A stretch of 44,055 nucleotides of DNA from Firmicutes bacterium TM09-10. GTDB taxonomy: Bacteria; Bacillota; Clostridia; Lachnospirales; Lachnospiraceae. The stretch covers positions 1-44,055 of the forward strand of contig CAVHWG010000018.1 in NCBI GenBank assembly GCA_963639645.1, read 5' to 3'. The notes under the pieces are model-generated. The model was not told the origin of the DNA, did no database searches, and saw nothing but the letters and a program-made list of their open reading frames with translations. The position numbers and the translations under genes were made by a program. Positions 7,521-17,434 of this stretch are shown one piece after another. Position 1 is the first letter of the stretch. The number at the start of each line of letters is the position of its first letter.

Positions 7521-9425
7521 ATGAACCAATGTCGCATTGACTTGAATCAGGACAATATGATAGCGACGTTTGCCAGCCCGCAGTTCTACGGGGACACGGA
7601 TGTGTATATCCGGGAACTGTTGCAGAACGCGTTGGATGCATGCAATACGCGGGCAGCATTCGAGTGGAGTTGGGGAACGGAATTCCTTGAGATGGAGGAG
7701 GCGCGTGCACTTAATTCGATGCGCGAGCCGTTTCATGCGAAGATCCGCATTACGTACAGTTCGCTGACCCAGCGGTTGACGATTGAGGACAACGGCATCG
7801 GCATGAATGGCGGGGACATTGAAAAATACGTCTCTAAAATCGGACAGAGTTATTATAAGAGTGAAGATTTCGCAATTCAGAGGCTGCAGTATGAGCCGAT
7901 CGCGCGTTATGGTGTGGGAATGCTCTCCTGCTTTATGGTGGCGCGTGCGATTCTGATCGAATCGAAGAAAGACAAGTGTGTGAACACGGCGTGGAATATT
8001 ACCAACAAGGAATCGTTAGAGCCGGTGATGGCAAAGTGGCTGGAGGGTTCGGACACGATCGAGTATGTGAACAGCAACCGCGAGGAATCCGGTTCGAAGA
8101 TCACACTCGTGCTGAAGCCGAAATATGCGATGAAATTTACGATGCAGACGCTGATCGGCGGCATCCGCAAATGCATGCTGTATCAGCCGTTCCCGATCGA
8201 AGTGATCTATGACAGAAAGCGCGAGGTACTTCAGGATTCCAACTGGATCCTTGACAATCCGTTTGCGGATGTGCTCGGCATCATTTCGGTACGGATCCTC
8301 GATGAACTGATGGAAGGGTATCTGTGGATCTACAATTCCAAGCATAAGGCTCTGATCGGCGATTCCTGTCTGTATCAGCAGGGGATGAAGGTGATGGATG
8401 ATCCGGATGCGCTCGGGATCAGGCCGGAGTGGCTTCGCCATATGACGTTTCATCTGAATATCAAAAAGCCGTTTCTGACACCGCGTATGACGCGTGACGG
8501 GGTGGCTCATGACGAGAAATTTAAGGAGCTGCGAAGAATCATCGGGCAGTTTGTTTTAAAGGCGTTTGTGAAGAATCCGATGAGCCTGAACCAGTATCTG
8601 AATGACGGAAGCCAGCCGGTGCTTACGGAATATGAGGAGGAGATGACACTTCTCGGGAAAGCGGTCGGGGTGGATGTCTATCTGAAAGGCCGGTCGATCG
8701 AGCTGCCGATCGAGACGATCGTGCAGGGCTTTTCGGGGAAGGTGATCCGTATCGCTTTCATCAGTAAGGGACTGTTTGAGTATTACAGAGTGAATCATCC
8801 GATTGACTTTCGACGCTTTTTGAAGGAAAATAAGTTGATCGTGTTTGAGAAGAACCGGGATATCTTCTGTCAGATGATGGCGCCGTACTGCAAGTCGCAG
8901 CGTTACGTCATCAGCGAGTATCCGGGCATTTTATACGATGACATGGTTGTGGATTTCCATATGATCCGGAGTGTTGTGCCGTACCGGAATTCATACAGCC
9001 TGTATCCGTCAACGATTGGGTATGATGATATCTTTTGTCTTGTGACGAATAATCAGGGAAGTACATTGGATATTATATTGAATAAGGACCATCGGTTATA
9101 CAGGATGCTAGAGCCGGTAATGTATCATCCGAAGGTACATGCGATGATGGCGGTTATTCTGGAGAACATTAAGCAGCGTATCATCAATTCGCATCACGGA
9201 TGGAACAAGATCATTGATTTCGGAGGTTCGTTTGTGGACGACTGGGATCCGTCAAAAGTTGCGACGGTGCAGGCTGCCTGGTGTCTGGAGAATGATTTTG
9301 TAGTCTCGGTAAATGAGTTTATCGAGAGCCGTCTGACGAACAAGGAGCGTGCGGATCTGGGATTGATCGGCTTCGAGTTCCGCAGAGATGATTTTATTAA
9401 CTGGTGGTTTATGCCAAGAGAGTAG
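7521..9425 (+). CDS. Divergent Hsp90/HtpG-like GHKL ATPase
   Basis: IRELLQNALDA (N box), IEDNGIGM (G1), IARYGVGMLS (degenerate G2) and GSKITL (G3). The C-terminal half is not recognisable as canonical HtpG. Confidence 0.8.
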   Translation: MNQCRIDLNQDNMIATFASPQFYGDTDVYIRELLQNALDACNTRAAFEWSWGTEFLEMEEARALNSMREPFHAKIRITYSSLTQRLTIEDNGIGMNGGDIEKYVSKIGQSYYKSEDFAIQRLQYEPIARYGVGMLSCFMVARAILIESKKDKCVNTAWNITNKESLEPVMAKWLEGSDTIEYVNSNREESGSKITLVLKPKYAMKFTMQTLIGGIRKCMLYQPFPIEVIYDRKREVLQDSNWILDNPFADVLGIISVRILDELMEGYLWIYNSKHKALIGDSCLYQQGMKVMDDPDALGIRPEWLRHMTFHLNIKKPFLTPRMTRDGVAHDEKFKELRRIIGQFVLKAFVKNPMSLNQYLNDGSQPVLTEYEEEMTLLGKAVGVDVYLKGRSIELPIETIVQGFSGKVIRIAFISKGLFEYYRVNHPIDFRRFLKENKLIVFEKNRDIFCQMMAPYCKSQRYVISEYPGILYDDMVVDFHMIRSVVPYRNSYSLYPSTIGYDDIFCLVTNNQGSTLDIILNKDHRLYRMLEPVMYHPKVHAMMAVILENIKQRIINSHHGWNKIIDFGGSFVDDWDPSKVATVQAAWCLENDFVVSVNEFIESRLTNKERADLGLIGFEFRRDDFINWWFMPRE

Positions 9426-9431
9426 GAAAAT

Positions 9432-10070
9432 ATGAGTGATAAGAGAGATGAGAAGTTAGAAGTTGAGGATCTGAATCCGGAGACGGTTGAGATGGAAATG
9501 CAGCCGGAGAAGGAAGCGGACAAGGAACCACCAAAGAAACATTCTGCGCTGCGTGAAGTGTTCAGCTGGTGCATGACTTTTGTCGTAGCGATCGCATTGG
9601 CTGTGCTGTTGAAGAATTTTGTAATTATCAATGCGACGGTTCCGACAGGATCGATGGAGAATACGATCGAGCCGGGGGACGATCTGTTCGGTCTCAGGAT
9701 CGCATACAATTTTACGGAGCCGAAGCGCGGGGACATTATTATATTCAAGTTCCCGGATGATGAGTCCGAGAAATATGTCAAGCGTATTATCGGTCTGCCG
9801 GGCGAGAAAGTGACAATCAAGGAAGCAAAAATATATATCAATGACTCGGAAGTACCGCTTGAGGAGGATTATCTTAAGGAAGACTGGGTGCTTGCGACCG
9901 GACCGTTTGAATATAACGTGCCGGAAGATTGTTATTTTGTCATGGGAGATAACCGTAATGACTCCTATGACGCAAGATACTGGGATAATACATACGTGAC
10001 CAAAGATGAGATTATCGGAAAAGCGTATATGATCTACTATCCGTTCTCACGGTTTGGAAGCCTGTATTAA
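9432..10070 (+). CDS. lepB: Signal peptidase I
   Basis: GSMENT (catalytic Ser), YVKRIIGLPG (catalytic Lys) and GDNRNDSYDAR. Confidence 0.95.
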   Translation: MSDKRDEKLEVEDLNPETVEMEMQPEKEADKEPPKKHSALREVFSWCMTFVVAIALAVLLKNFVIINATVPTGSMENTIEPGDDLFGLRIAYNFTEPKRGDIIIFKFPDDESEKYVKRIIGLPGEKVTIKEAKIYINDSEVPLEEDYLKEDWVLATGPFEYNVPEDCYFVMGDNRNDSYDARYWDNTYVTKDEIIGKAYMIYYPFSRFGSLY

Positions 10071-10103
10071 CATAGAATAACTAGGAAAAGGAGAGAAACT
10101 AAA

Positions 10104-10946
10104 ATGCCAGAAAATACAAGTTGCAGCGGCGCATCATCATGCAGCAAAGAAAGCTGCGAGGGATGCCCGAGCAAGCAGAATCCACAGAGCATGCAGGAGC
10201 CTATGAATGCATACTCGGATGTAAAACACGTAATCGGAGTTGTCAGCGGTAAAGGCGGCGTCGGTAAGTCATTTGTGACCGCCTCGCTTGCAACCCAGAT
10301 GGCAAAAGCAGGATACAAAGTTGGTATCCTCGATGCCGATATCACAGGACCGTCCATCCCGAAGATGTTCGGAGCACACGGCCAGCTGGTCGGAGATCAG
10401 AAGGGAATGTACCCATACGAGACACCGGAAGGAATCAAGATCGTTTCCATCAATCTTCTGATGGAAGATGAGGAAGCGCCGGTTGTATGGAGAGGACCGG
10501 TGATCGCAGGCGCAGTCAAGCAGTTCTGGAACGAGACCGTATGGGGCGATGTCGACTATCTGTTCGTCGATATGCCGCCGGGAACCGGTGACGTACCGCT
10601 TACCGTATTCCAGTCGCTTCCTGTGGACGGAATCGTCATTGTAACATCTCCGCAGGAGTTGGTTCAGATGATCGTGAAAAAGGCCTTTAACATGGCAAAT
10701 ATGATGCATATACCGGTGCTTGGAGTTGTGGAGAATTTCAGCTACCTGAAATGTCCGGATTGCGGCAAGCACATTTCACTGTTCGGCGAAAGCCACGTTG
10801 ATGAGGCAGCAGCAGAACTCGGTACCAAGGTACTTGGTAAGCTTCCGCTTGATCCTGCGTTTGCACAGAAGGCAGATGCCGGAGCGTTCTACGAGATGGA
10901 GAATTCATATCTCGATGATGCGGTAACGGTACTGAAGAATATTTAA
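10104..10946 (+). CDS. Mrp/NBP35 (ApbC) Fe-S carrier ATPase
   Basis: Cys-rich N-terminus, SGKGGVGKS, DADITGPS, VDMPPGTGD and CPDC. Confidence 0.93.
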   Translation: MPENTSCSGASSCSKESCEGCPSKQNPQSMQEPMNAYSDVKHVIGVVSGKGGVGKSFVTASLATQMAKAGYKVGILDADITGPSIPKMFGAHGQLVGDQKGMYPYETPEGIKIVSINLLMEDEEAPVVWRGPVIAGAVKQFWNETVWGDVDYLFVDMPPGTGDVPLTVFQSLPVDGIVIVTSPQELVQMIVKKAFNMANMMHIPVLGVVENFSYLKCPDCGKHISLFGESHVDEAAAELGTKVLGKLPLDPAFAQKADAGAFYEMENSYLDDAVTVLKNI

Positions 10947-10948
10947 AG

Positions 10949-10976
10949 TCAATTTCATACACTCAATTTCATACAC
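10949..10976. repeat. Perfect 14-bp tandem duplication
   Basis: TCAATTTCATACAC x2, immediately before the terminator. Confidence 0.85.
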
Positions 10977-11008
10977 AAAAAAGGATGTCGATCTGACATC
11001 CTTTTTTG
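10976..11008. terminator. Bidirectional intrinsic terminator
   Basis: CAAAAAAGGATGTC-GATCT-GACATCCTTTTTTG between the convergent mrp and LTA synthase genes. Confidence 0.9.
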
Positions 11009-11085
11009 TTGCATAGGAATTCCTCAATACCTGTGCACAATTATCTAATTAACATTCAATAGCTGTAAATTATGCTTTTTACAAA

Positions 11086-13236
11086 TTACTGTGCAGACTC
11101 GGAATTTTCGGTATTCTGTGTGTCTGCTGTCGTATCCGTCTCGCTTGCTTCCTCCGGATCTTCGGTGTTGACCGCGTCCGGATCGCTGTAGCGAAGTGTG
11201 TTTGATGCACGGAATACCGTGTTGTTGGAACCCATCTGGCAAACCTGAATGGTATCGCCGTCTGCAATATCCTCTTTGTTAATGATCAGACAGCCGGAAC
11301 TGCTGAAAATTGTGTTGACTTTCGCACCGTTGACGAATACCTTACTCCACTTTGTGAAGCTGGATCCCCGAAGGATAACTTCGGAATCGCCGATCGAGTT
11401 TGTTGCGCTGTCTACGGTGACAGGATCGATACCCATTACAATATCGGTTGCAGGATATTTGTCCTCGCCGTTGTAGCAGTAGCGGTCTCCGTAGAGGATG
11501 TCGTACTGGAGGTTATCAAGTCCATCAAGATAATCCTCTGAATTCATCTGTGTCTGATGGTAGTTTAAAATGGTTCCCTCATGGATTCCAACGGAATCGG
11601 TGATGCTTGCCATAAGCTGGTAAGCATAGAGGTCTGCATCCTTTTTTTCAAGTCCCATGTTGTTCCATGTGACATATTTTGTCTTGTAGATATCGCCGGA
11701 ACGCATGTCGGAATCCTGAAGTCCCATGGTTGGGAGATGATCGCCGAAGAATACAATAACCGTATTCTCATCACGCTCGCTGACTTTCTTGATCAGGTTT
11801 GCCATAAAGGTATCAACCTCGTTTAACTGGTTGATGTAGTAGGTCCACTGATTTCTGGTCTCCTGATCAAAAGCGCCGTTTGCACGATACTTCGGATTGT
11901 CGATGACCTGCTCCTTCGGATAATCACCATGTGTACCTACGGTAATGGTATAAGTGAAATCCGGCTGGTTTGGGGTAGAATCAAGCGTTTTGATCGTCTC
12001 GTCTACAAGAATATCATCGGTAGCCCAGCTTCCGTTCGGGGTATAAGTCTGGATGTTCATTAACTCCTTACTTGTGAAGGTGTCAAATCCCATCATGGAA
12101 AAAGCGTTCACACGGCTGTAGAAGTTACCGCCGTTGTTATGTACCGCGTGTGTGCCATATCCGATCGAAGCGAGATCGGCAGCAGTACTTTCACAGTCTG
12201 TCTTCTTTAAAATCGTTTTGTACGGATACTCGCCGGTTCCGAAGTACTGCATGCTCATTCCGGTCAGTACTTCAAACTCGGAGTTGGCGGTTCCAGCACC
12301 GACAACCGGTACGGTAAGGTATCCTGTTGAGAAGTTCTGCTCCAGCTTATGGAAGGTTGGAATCGGATCTTCATTATAATGTAAGAACTTAATCTCATCC
12401 GGATCACAGAAAGACTCGAGAAGAACACAGATGATGTTTGGTGCGTCATCCTTTGTCACGGTGGTTTCCTGCTTTGTGCTCTCAACCTTGTCGGTAATCT
12501 CTGCAATATGTTCCTCGGAGTAATCGTCTGGCTTGCTCATACCGCGGTCAACAACGCTGGAAGAGAATCCGTAGATAAATCCGTAATTTTCATATCCCTG
12601 TGCAATGTTGGAGAAGTAACTTGCAACAACATTGGCACCCTGTGCGGCAGAAGTGGTCACTGGAAGTCCGATAAACATGACTGCTACGATGGATGCTAAA
12701 ACAACGATCTTGTGGATCTTGCCCTCGTAACGCGGTCCTTTGATAAAAAGCATCGTGCAGAACAGGAAGAACACGCCAAGACCAAAGACAACGATCGTTG
12801 CTTCCTCTGCCGTAAAATAATTGGTGTTGTTCATAGCGAACAGATCATTGATACATTTTAAATCGGTGAATCCGAACGGTGTGACACGGTTCGAAAGGAT
12901 CAGTCCGTTGATGACTCCAAGGATGATCCAGAATCCACAGATAATAATTCGGAAAAATGCCCGTCTGCGGAACAGATACACCAGACTTAACGATACAAAT
13001 ACGATAAACGCATTAAACAGGAATGCTCCGGTGTGACTTCCAACGAATGAACATGCGGAAAGAAAATCTCTTCGCGATAACAGTTCCACCACAAACACGA
13101 TGCCACAGGAGAGCAGTGCGTGGAACAATAAGGAATATTTATTTAAAAATGCGATTCTGCGAAGATATTCTTCAGAATGTTGCTTTTCAACTTTAGTAAA
13201 GAGTTTTGTCTTGATATTACGTAAAATTTGCTTCAT
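11086..13236 (-). CDS. LTA synthase family (sulfatase-fold) membrane protein
   Basis: Several N-terminal TMs, PNIICVLLES, GAGTANSEFE (catalytic Thr) and FFGDH; RBS GGAGGAGG. Confidence 0.9.
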   Translation of the reverse strand: MKQILRNIKTKLFTKVEKQHSEEYLRRIAFLNKYSLLFHALLSCGIVFVVELLSRRDFLSACSFVGSHTGAFLFNAFIVFVSLSLVYLFRRRAFFRIIICGFWIILGVINGLILSNRVTPFGFTDLKCINDLFAMNNTNYFTAEEATIVVFGLGVFFLFCTMLFIKGPRYEGKIHKIVVLASIVAVMFIGLPVTTSAAQGANVVASYFSNIAQGYENYGFIYGFSSSVVDRGMSKPDDYSEEHIAEITDKVESTKQETTVTKDDAPNIICVLLESFCDPDEIKFLHYNEDPIPTFHKLEQNFSTGYLTVPVVGAGTANSEFEVLTGMSMQYFGTGEYPYKTILKKTDCESTAADLASIGYGTHAVHNNGGNFYSRVNAFSMMGFDTFTSKELMNIQTYTPNGSWATDDILVDETIKTLDSTPNQPDFTYTITVGTHGDYPKEQVIDNPKYRANGAFDQETRNQWTYYINQLNEVDTFMANLIKKVSERDENTVIVFFGDHLPTMGLQDSDMRSGDIYKTKYVTWNNMGLEKKDADLYAYQLMASITDSVGIHEGTILNYHQTQMNSEDYLDGLDNLQYDILYGDRYCYNGEDKYPATDIVMGIDPVTVDSATNSIGDSEVILRGSSFTKWSKVFVNGAKVNTIFSSSGCLIINKEDIADGDTIQVCQMGSNNTVFRASNTLRYSDPDAVNTEDPEEASETDTTADTQNTENSESAQ

Positions 13237-13305
13237 TTTTACCTCCTCCTAACTCGACATATACTTTACTCAAAAAGTTGCACAAAAGCAAGAGCTAAAA
13301 CTTAT

Positions 13306-13333
13306 AAAAAAACCCCAACAAAGTTGGGGTTTT
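13306..13333 (-). terminator. Intrinsic terminator of but
   Basis: AAAACCCCAAC-AAA-GTTGGGGTTTT, with an A-run that gives a U tail on the minus strand. Confidence 0.85.
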
Positions 13334-13367
13334 GATACAATATGAATAAATTGTGAACAAACGGTGT

Positions 13368-14708
13368 TTATTTGTTTGAACGTCTCCAAATATGCATTTT
13401 CTCAGCTTCCTTGATCAGGTCATCACGGAAGTCCGGATGTGCGATTGAGATGAGTGCTTCGGCTTTCTGCCAGGAAGATAATCCCTTGACATTGACCATA
13501 CCGTACTCAGTAACAACATAGTGTGTGTTGGCACGGGTATCGGTAACGATGGAACCCTCTGCAAGAGTCGGGCGGATTCTCGAATGCATCACACCCTGCT
13601 TGTCGGTAAAGGTTGATGAGCAGCAGATAAAGCTCTTACCACCGTTGGAGAGGTATGCACCAAGTACGAAGTCAAGCTGTCCGCCTGCACCGCTGATGTG
13701 CTTTGTTCCGGAAGTCTCGGAACTTACCTGACCGAAGAGGTCGATGTCAACACAGTTGTTGATGGAGATGAAATTATCCAAAGCTGCGATCGAGCGGATA
13801 TCGTTGGTATAACTTACCGGTGCGCTCATAAGCTCAGGATTTTCATCCAGGTAATCGTACATCTTCTTGGTTCCGGCACCGAAGCCGTATACCTGACGGA
13901 AACGGTCAATGTTCTTGTGCGCACCTGTGATCTTGCCGGCTTTGGCAATATCAACGAAAGCGTCAACGTACATCTCTGTATGTACACCGAGGTCTTTCAA
14001 ATCAGATTCTGCGATCAGGGAACCAACAGCATTCGGCATACCGCCGATACCAAGCTGTAAGCAGGCACCGTTTGGAATCTGGTCTACGATCAGACGTGCA
14101 ACGGTCTTGTCGACTTCAGTTGCAGCTCCGCCGCCACCAAGCTCACCGATCGGTGGGTTCTCGCCTTCAACGATCGCATTTACTTTTGAGATATGGATTC
14201 CGTTCTCAGTTCCGCCAAGGCAGCGAGGCATGTTCTCGTTGACCTCAACGATGATGTGTTTTGCTGTCTCACACATTGCGCCAAGGTGCGATGCGCTTGG
14301 TCCGAAGTTGAAGTATCCGTGCTTATCCATCGGAGCAACCTGGAACATTGCAACATCATCCGGGCAATCAACTTCGCGATAGTAGCGAGGAAGCTCGGAG
14401 TAACGGATCGGTGCGTAGTATGAGCAGCCGCGGTTGATGAGCTTACGCTCATATCCACCCATATGCCATGAGTTCCATGTAAAATGCTCACCGGCATCTT
14501 CACGCTCAAATACTGCAAGTGGTTTAAGAAGGATTCCACCACGCAGGTTAATGTCTTTCAATTCATCGGTACGCTTGGCAAGTGCCTTATCCAAAGCATC
14601 TACCGTGTTTGTACACCAGCCGTAATCAACCCAGTCGCCGGATTTGATCACTTTGACAGCTTCATCAGCAGAAACCAGTTTCTGTCTGTATTCCTCTGAA
14701 AAATCCAT
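13368..14708 (-). CDS. but: Butyryl-CoA:acetate CoA-transferase
   Basis: [45 protein letters not shown] and SGAGGQLDF match Roseburia-type But as recalled. RBS GGAGG; 446 aa. Confidence 0.93.
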   Translation of the reverse strand: MDFSEEYRQKLVSADEAVKVIKSGDWVDYGWCTNTVDALDKALAKRTDELKDINLRGGILLKPLAVFEREDAGEHFTWNSWHMGGYERKLINRGCSYYAPIRYSELPRYYREVDCPDDVAMFQVAPMDKHGYFNFGPSASHLGAMCETAKHIIVEVNENMPRCLGGTENGIHISKVNAIVEGENPPIGELGGGGAATEVDKTVARLIVDQIPNGACLQLGIGGMPNAVGSLIAESDLKDLGVHTEMYVDAFVDIAKAGKITGAHKNIDRFRQVYGFGAGTKKMYDYLDENPELMSAPVSYTNDIRSIAALDNFISINNCVDIDLFGQVSSETSGTKHISGAGGQLDFVLGAYLSNGGKSFICCSSTFTDKQGVMHSRIRPTLAEGSIVTDTRANTHYVVTEYGMVNVKGLSSWQKAEALISIAHPDFRDDLIKEAEKMHIWRRSNK

Positions 14709-14738
14709 TGTATCAACCTCCATATTTTATCGGTATCT

Positions 14739-14756
14739 TTGTTAAAAAATTATCAA
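14739..14756. promoter_or_regulatory. Rex (NADH/NAD+ sensor) operator upstream of but
   Basis: TTGTTAA-AAAA-TTATCAA, one mismatch to the clostridial Rex palindrome TTGTTAA-N4-TTAACAA. It lies just downstream of the -10. Confidence 0.75.
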
Positions 14757-14760
14757 TTGT

Positions 14761-14789
14761 ATTTTATCACTTTATCGTATGTTTTACAA
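14761..14789 (-). promoter_or_regulatory. SigA promoter of but
   Basis: Minus strand TTGTAA, 17 bp spacer, TAAAAT, with extended TGn. Confidence 0.7.
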
Positions 14790-14814
14790 GAGCTCTCGCC
14801 AAGGAACAAAAAAA

Positions 14815-15885
14815 TTACAATTCTTCCGGAAGCTCCCATGCCGCAAGGCGTTCTTCGGCATCGCTTAGCAGCTGTCGGTAGTGCAGGATATCTTCCCCGG
14901 AAGAGGCTTCTTTTTTGGCAAGCTGATTAAGCTGCGCGTTGCAGCAGCGGATCAGACCGGATAACGGAAGATCGCCGCCGGTGTGGACATCGAGAATACT
15001 CTCCGTCTCGTAAGCAGCATTGTAATACCACAGAGAGGCTTCTTCAAAGTTGCCGATCTCCTCAAAATAACTTCCAAGTTCACAGCAGATCTCCGCGCAC
15101 GGTGTGGTCAGCATATCGCGCAATGCCATCGGAAAGAAATCATCGGCTTTTTGCGCTAACCGATACGCATGTGCAAGAACACAGGAAGCCTCCTTCTGCG
15201 CATCCGGATCGGTGCTGTTGTCATAGATCTGGCGAAAGATAGGGAGTGCGTCGGCAAAATCCTTTGAATCACCGGTCTTAAAAAGTTCTTTGGCATACAT
15301 GCTGCGGAGCTTTGCTGAGAAATTTCCATCGCGTCGGAAGGCGTCCAGAAAAATGGAAAAATCCCGCTTTTGGTGCATGGATTGCGGCATGTGGAGAATC
15401 TCAATCTCACTGTCATATACAACAGGATCCAGACGGATCGTTTCGTGGATCGGATCGATCCATTCGAAGCTGCGCAGGCGCTTAAAAAGCTTCGGTCGAT
15501 ATTCTGTTTTGGAATTCAATACCGTATTATAATCGGAAACAGTGCGGTATTTCATCTGAACGATCTCGATTTCCGGTAACAGAGCTTCCTTCATCTGCAA
15601 AAAGCGTTTGCGATTGTCGGCGTCAAGAACTTCATCCGCATCCGGGGCATAGATGTAATCCATCGTTGCCAGAGAAAAAGAGAAGTTTCTGGCTGCCGAG
15701 AAATCATTGGTCCATGCAAAATCATAAACTTTGTCCGTATAGCGGCCGGCGATCGTTTTGGTATTATCTGTCGATCCGGTGTCCACAATAATGATCTCGT
15801 CCATCATATCTGCGACGGAGTCCAGACAGCGTGCGAGAATATCCGCTTCATTTTTTACGATCATACATAAGCTGGTTGTGATCAT
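14815..15885 (-). CDS. Glycosyltransferase family 2 with helical/TPR-like C-terminus
   Basis: SLCMIVKNE, IVDTGSTD, DFSAARN, DADE and PIHE motifs. Confidence 0.9.
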   Translation of the reverse strand: MITTSLCMIVKNEADILARCLDSVADMMDEIIIVDTGSTDNTKTIAGRYTDKVYDFAWTNDFSAARNFSFSLATMDYIYAPDADEVLDADNRKRFLQMKEALLPEIEIVQMKYRTVSDYNTVLNSKTEYRPKLFKRLRSFEWIDPIHETIRLDPVVYDSEIEILHMPQSMHQKRDFSIFLDAFRRDGNFSAKLRSMYAKELFKTGDSKDFADALPIFRQIYDNSTDPDAQKEASCVLAHAYRLAQKADDFFPMALRDMLTTPCAEICCELGSYFEEIGNFEEASLWYYNAAYETESILDVHTGGDLPLSGLIRCCNAQLNQLAKKEASSGEDILHYRQLLSDAEERLAAWELPEEL

Positions 15886-15991
15886 GCGCGTATCCCTTTC
15901 TGTACAAAAACATGTTTAAATTCATTATGATTTGTTTTTTTGCTTTTTGCAATGGTATAATGGTGAAAACCAGATAGCTAGGAGAAAACAA

Positions 15992-17212
15992 ATGCAGAAT
16001 CATACAATTGTAACTTTGAAAAAGGGAGAGGGACGCACGATCAAAGCCGGTGGTGCGTGGATCTTCGATAATGAGATCGACACGATCGTGGGTACGTTCA
16101 CAAACGGAGACATTGTGACGGTGCACGATTTTGACGGATATCCGATGGGGAAAGGCTTCATCAATCAGAATTCGAAAATCCGTATCCGCATGATGACCCG
16201 CCACGCGGATCAGGATGTTGATACGGAATTTCTTCGTATGCGCGTGCAGAATGCGTGGGATTACCGCAAGCAGGTGATGGCGGGCGGCAGACCGGATCTG
16301 AATTGTTGCAGAGTAATCTTCGGGGAAGCGGATTTCCTGCCGGGACTTGTCGTGGACAAGTATGCGGATGTGCTTGTTGTGGAGTGCCTTGCGCTTGGCA
16401 TGGAGCAGTTCAAGGAGACCATTGTTTCCTTATTAAAAGAAACACTTCTTGCCGACGGAATTGAAATTCGCGGTGTCTACGAGCGAAGCGATGCTAATGA
16501 GCGCAAAAAAGAGGGCTTGCCGAAAGTCAAAGATTTCATCGGTGAGGAGTTTGACACGAATGTCGAGATCGTGGAGAATGGTGTTCACTATATGGTCGAT
16601 GTGGTTAATGGTCAGAAAACAGGCTTTTTCTTAGATCAGAAATATAATCGTCTGGCGATGCAGCGCATCTGCAAAGGCAAGAAGGTTCTGGACTGCTTTA
16701 CACATATGGGAACCTTTGCACTCAATGCGGGAATCGCCGGCGCGGCGGATGTGACCGGACTTGATATCTCGGAGTATGCGGTGCAGCAGGCCGAAGCGAA
16801 TGCAAAGTTGAATCATCTGGAGGACACCGTGCATTTTCGCTGCGCCAATGTGCTCGATGAACTTCCGAAGCTTGCGGCTGTGGGCGAGAAGTATGATGTG
16901 GTGATCCTCGATCCGCCGGCTTTCACCAAGTCGCGTCAGGCAACGAAGAATGCGATCAAGGGCTATCGTGAAATTAACATGAAGGGACTCAAGCTTGTTA
17001 AGGATGGCGGCTATCTTGCGACCTGTTCCTGCTCGCATTTTATGACACAGGAACTGCTTGCCAAGACCGTCAAGGAAGCTGCGAAGGCAACGCATAAGCG
17101 TCTGCGTCAGGTGGAGTTCCGCACACAGGCGGCGGATCATCCGATTCTGTGGGCGGCGGATGAGAGCTACTATTTAAAATTTTTTATTTTCCAGGTCGTT
17201 GATGAGAAGTAA
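15992..17212 (+). CDS. RlmI-like class I SAM-dependent rRNA methyltransferase
   Basis: PUA-like N-terminus, GQKTGFFLDQ, ILDPPAF and TCSCS. RBS AGGAG; TGnTATAAT at 15953-15961. Confidence 0.9.
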   Translation: MQNHTIVTLKKGEGRTIKAGGAWIFDNEIDTIVGTFTNGDIVTVHDFDGYPMGKGFINQNSKIRIRMMTRHADQDVDTEFLRMRVQNAWDYRKQVMAGGRPDLNCCRVIFGEADFLPGLVVDKYADVLVVECLALGMEQFKETIVSLLKETLLADGIEIRGVYERSDANERKKEGLPKVKDFIGEEFDTNVEIVENGVHYMVDVVNGQKTGFFLDQKYNRLAMQRICKGKKVLDCFTHMGTFALNAGIAGAADVTGLDISEYAVQQAEANAKLNHLEDTVHFRCANVLDELPKLAAVGEKYDVVILDPPAFTKSRQATKNAIKGYREINMKGLKLVKDGGYLATCSCSHFMTQELLAKTVKEAAKATHKRLRQVEFRTQAADHPILWAADESYYLKFFIFQVVDEK

Positions 17213-17434
17213 GGAGTTTATAAAGCAAACAACAAAAGAATTTATGATAAAGCGTATGAATGGATTCCTGATGCAACACAATTTTTGTGAGATTCAACCA
17301 TGATGGAATATGAAAATGTATTTTGACAAAATATTATCTGGAAAGTGTAGAAAAAGAAGTGAAAATGCGTTACACTTACAAGCAGAGTTTGCATTGGGTT
17401 ATAGAAAAACAATAGGAAATGAGGGTTAAAAGTT

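Noticed and set aside
17213..17434. Possible T-box, riboswitch or CodY site ahead of the NSS transporter
   Set aside because: No T-box motif or terminator seen; the best CodY-like match has 4 mismatches.
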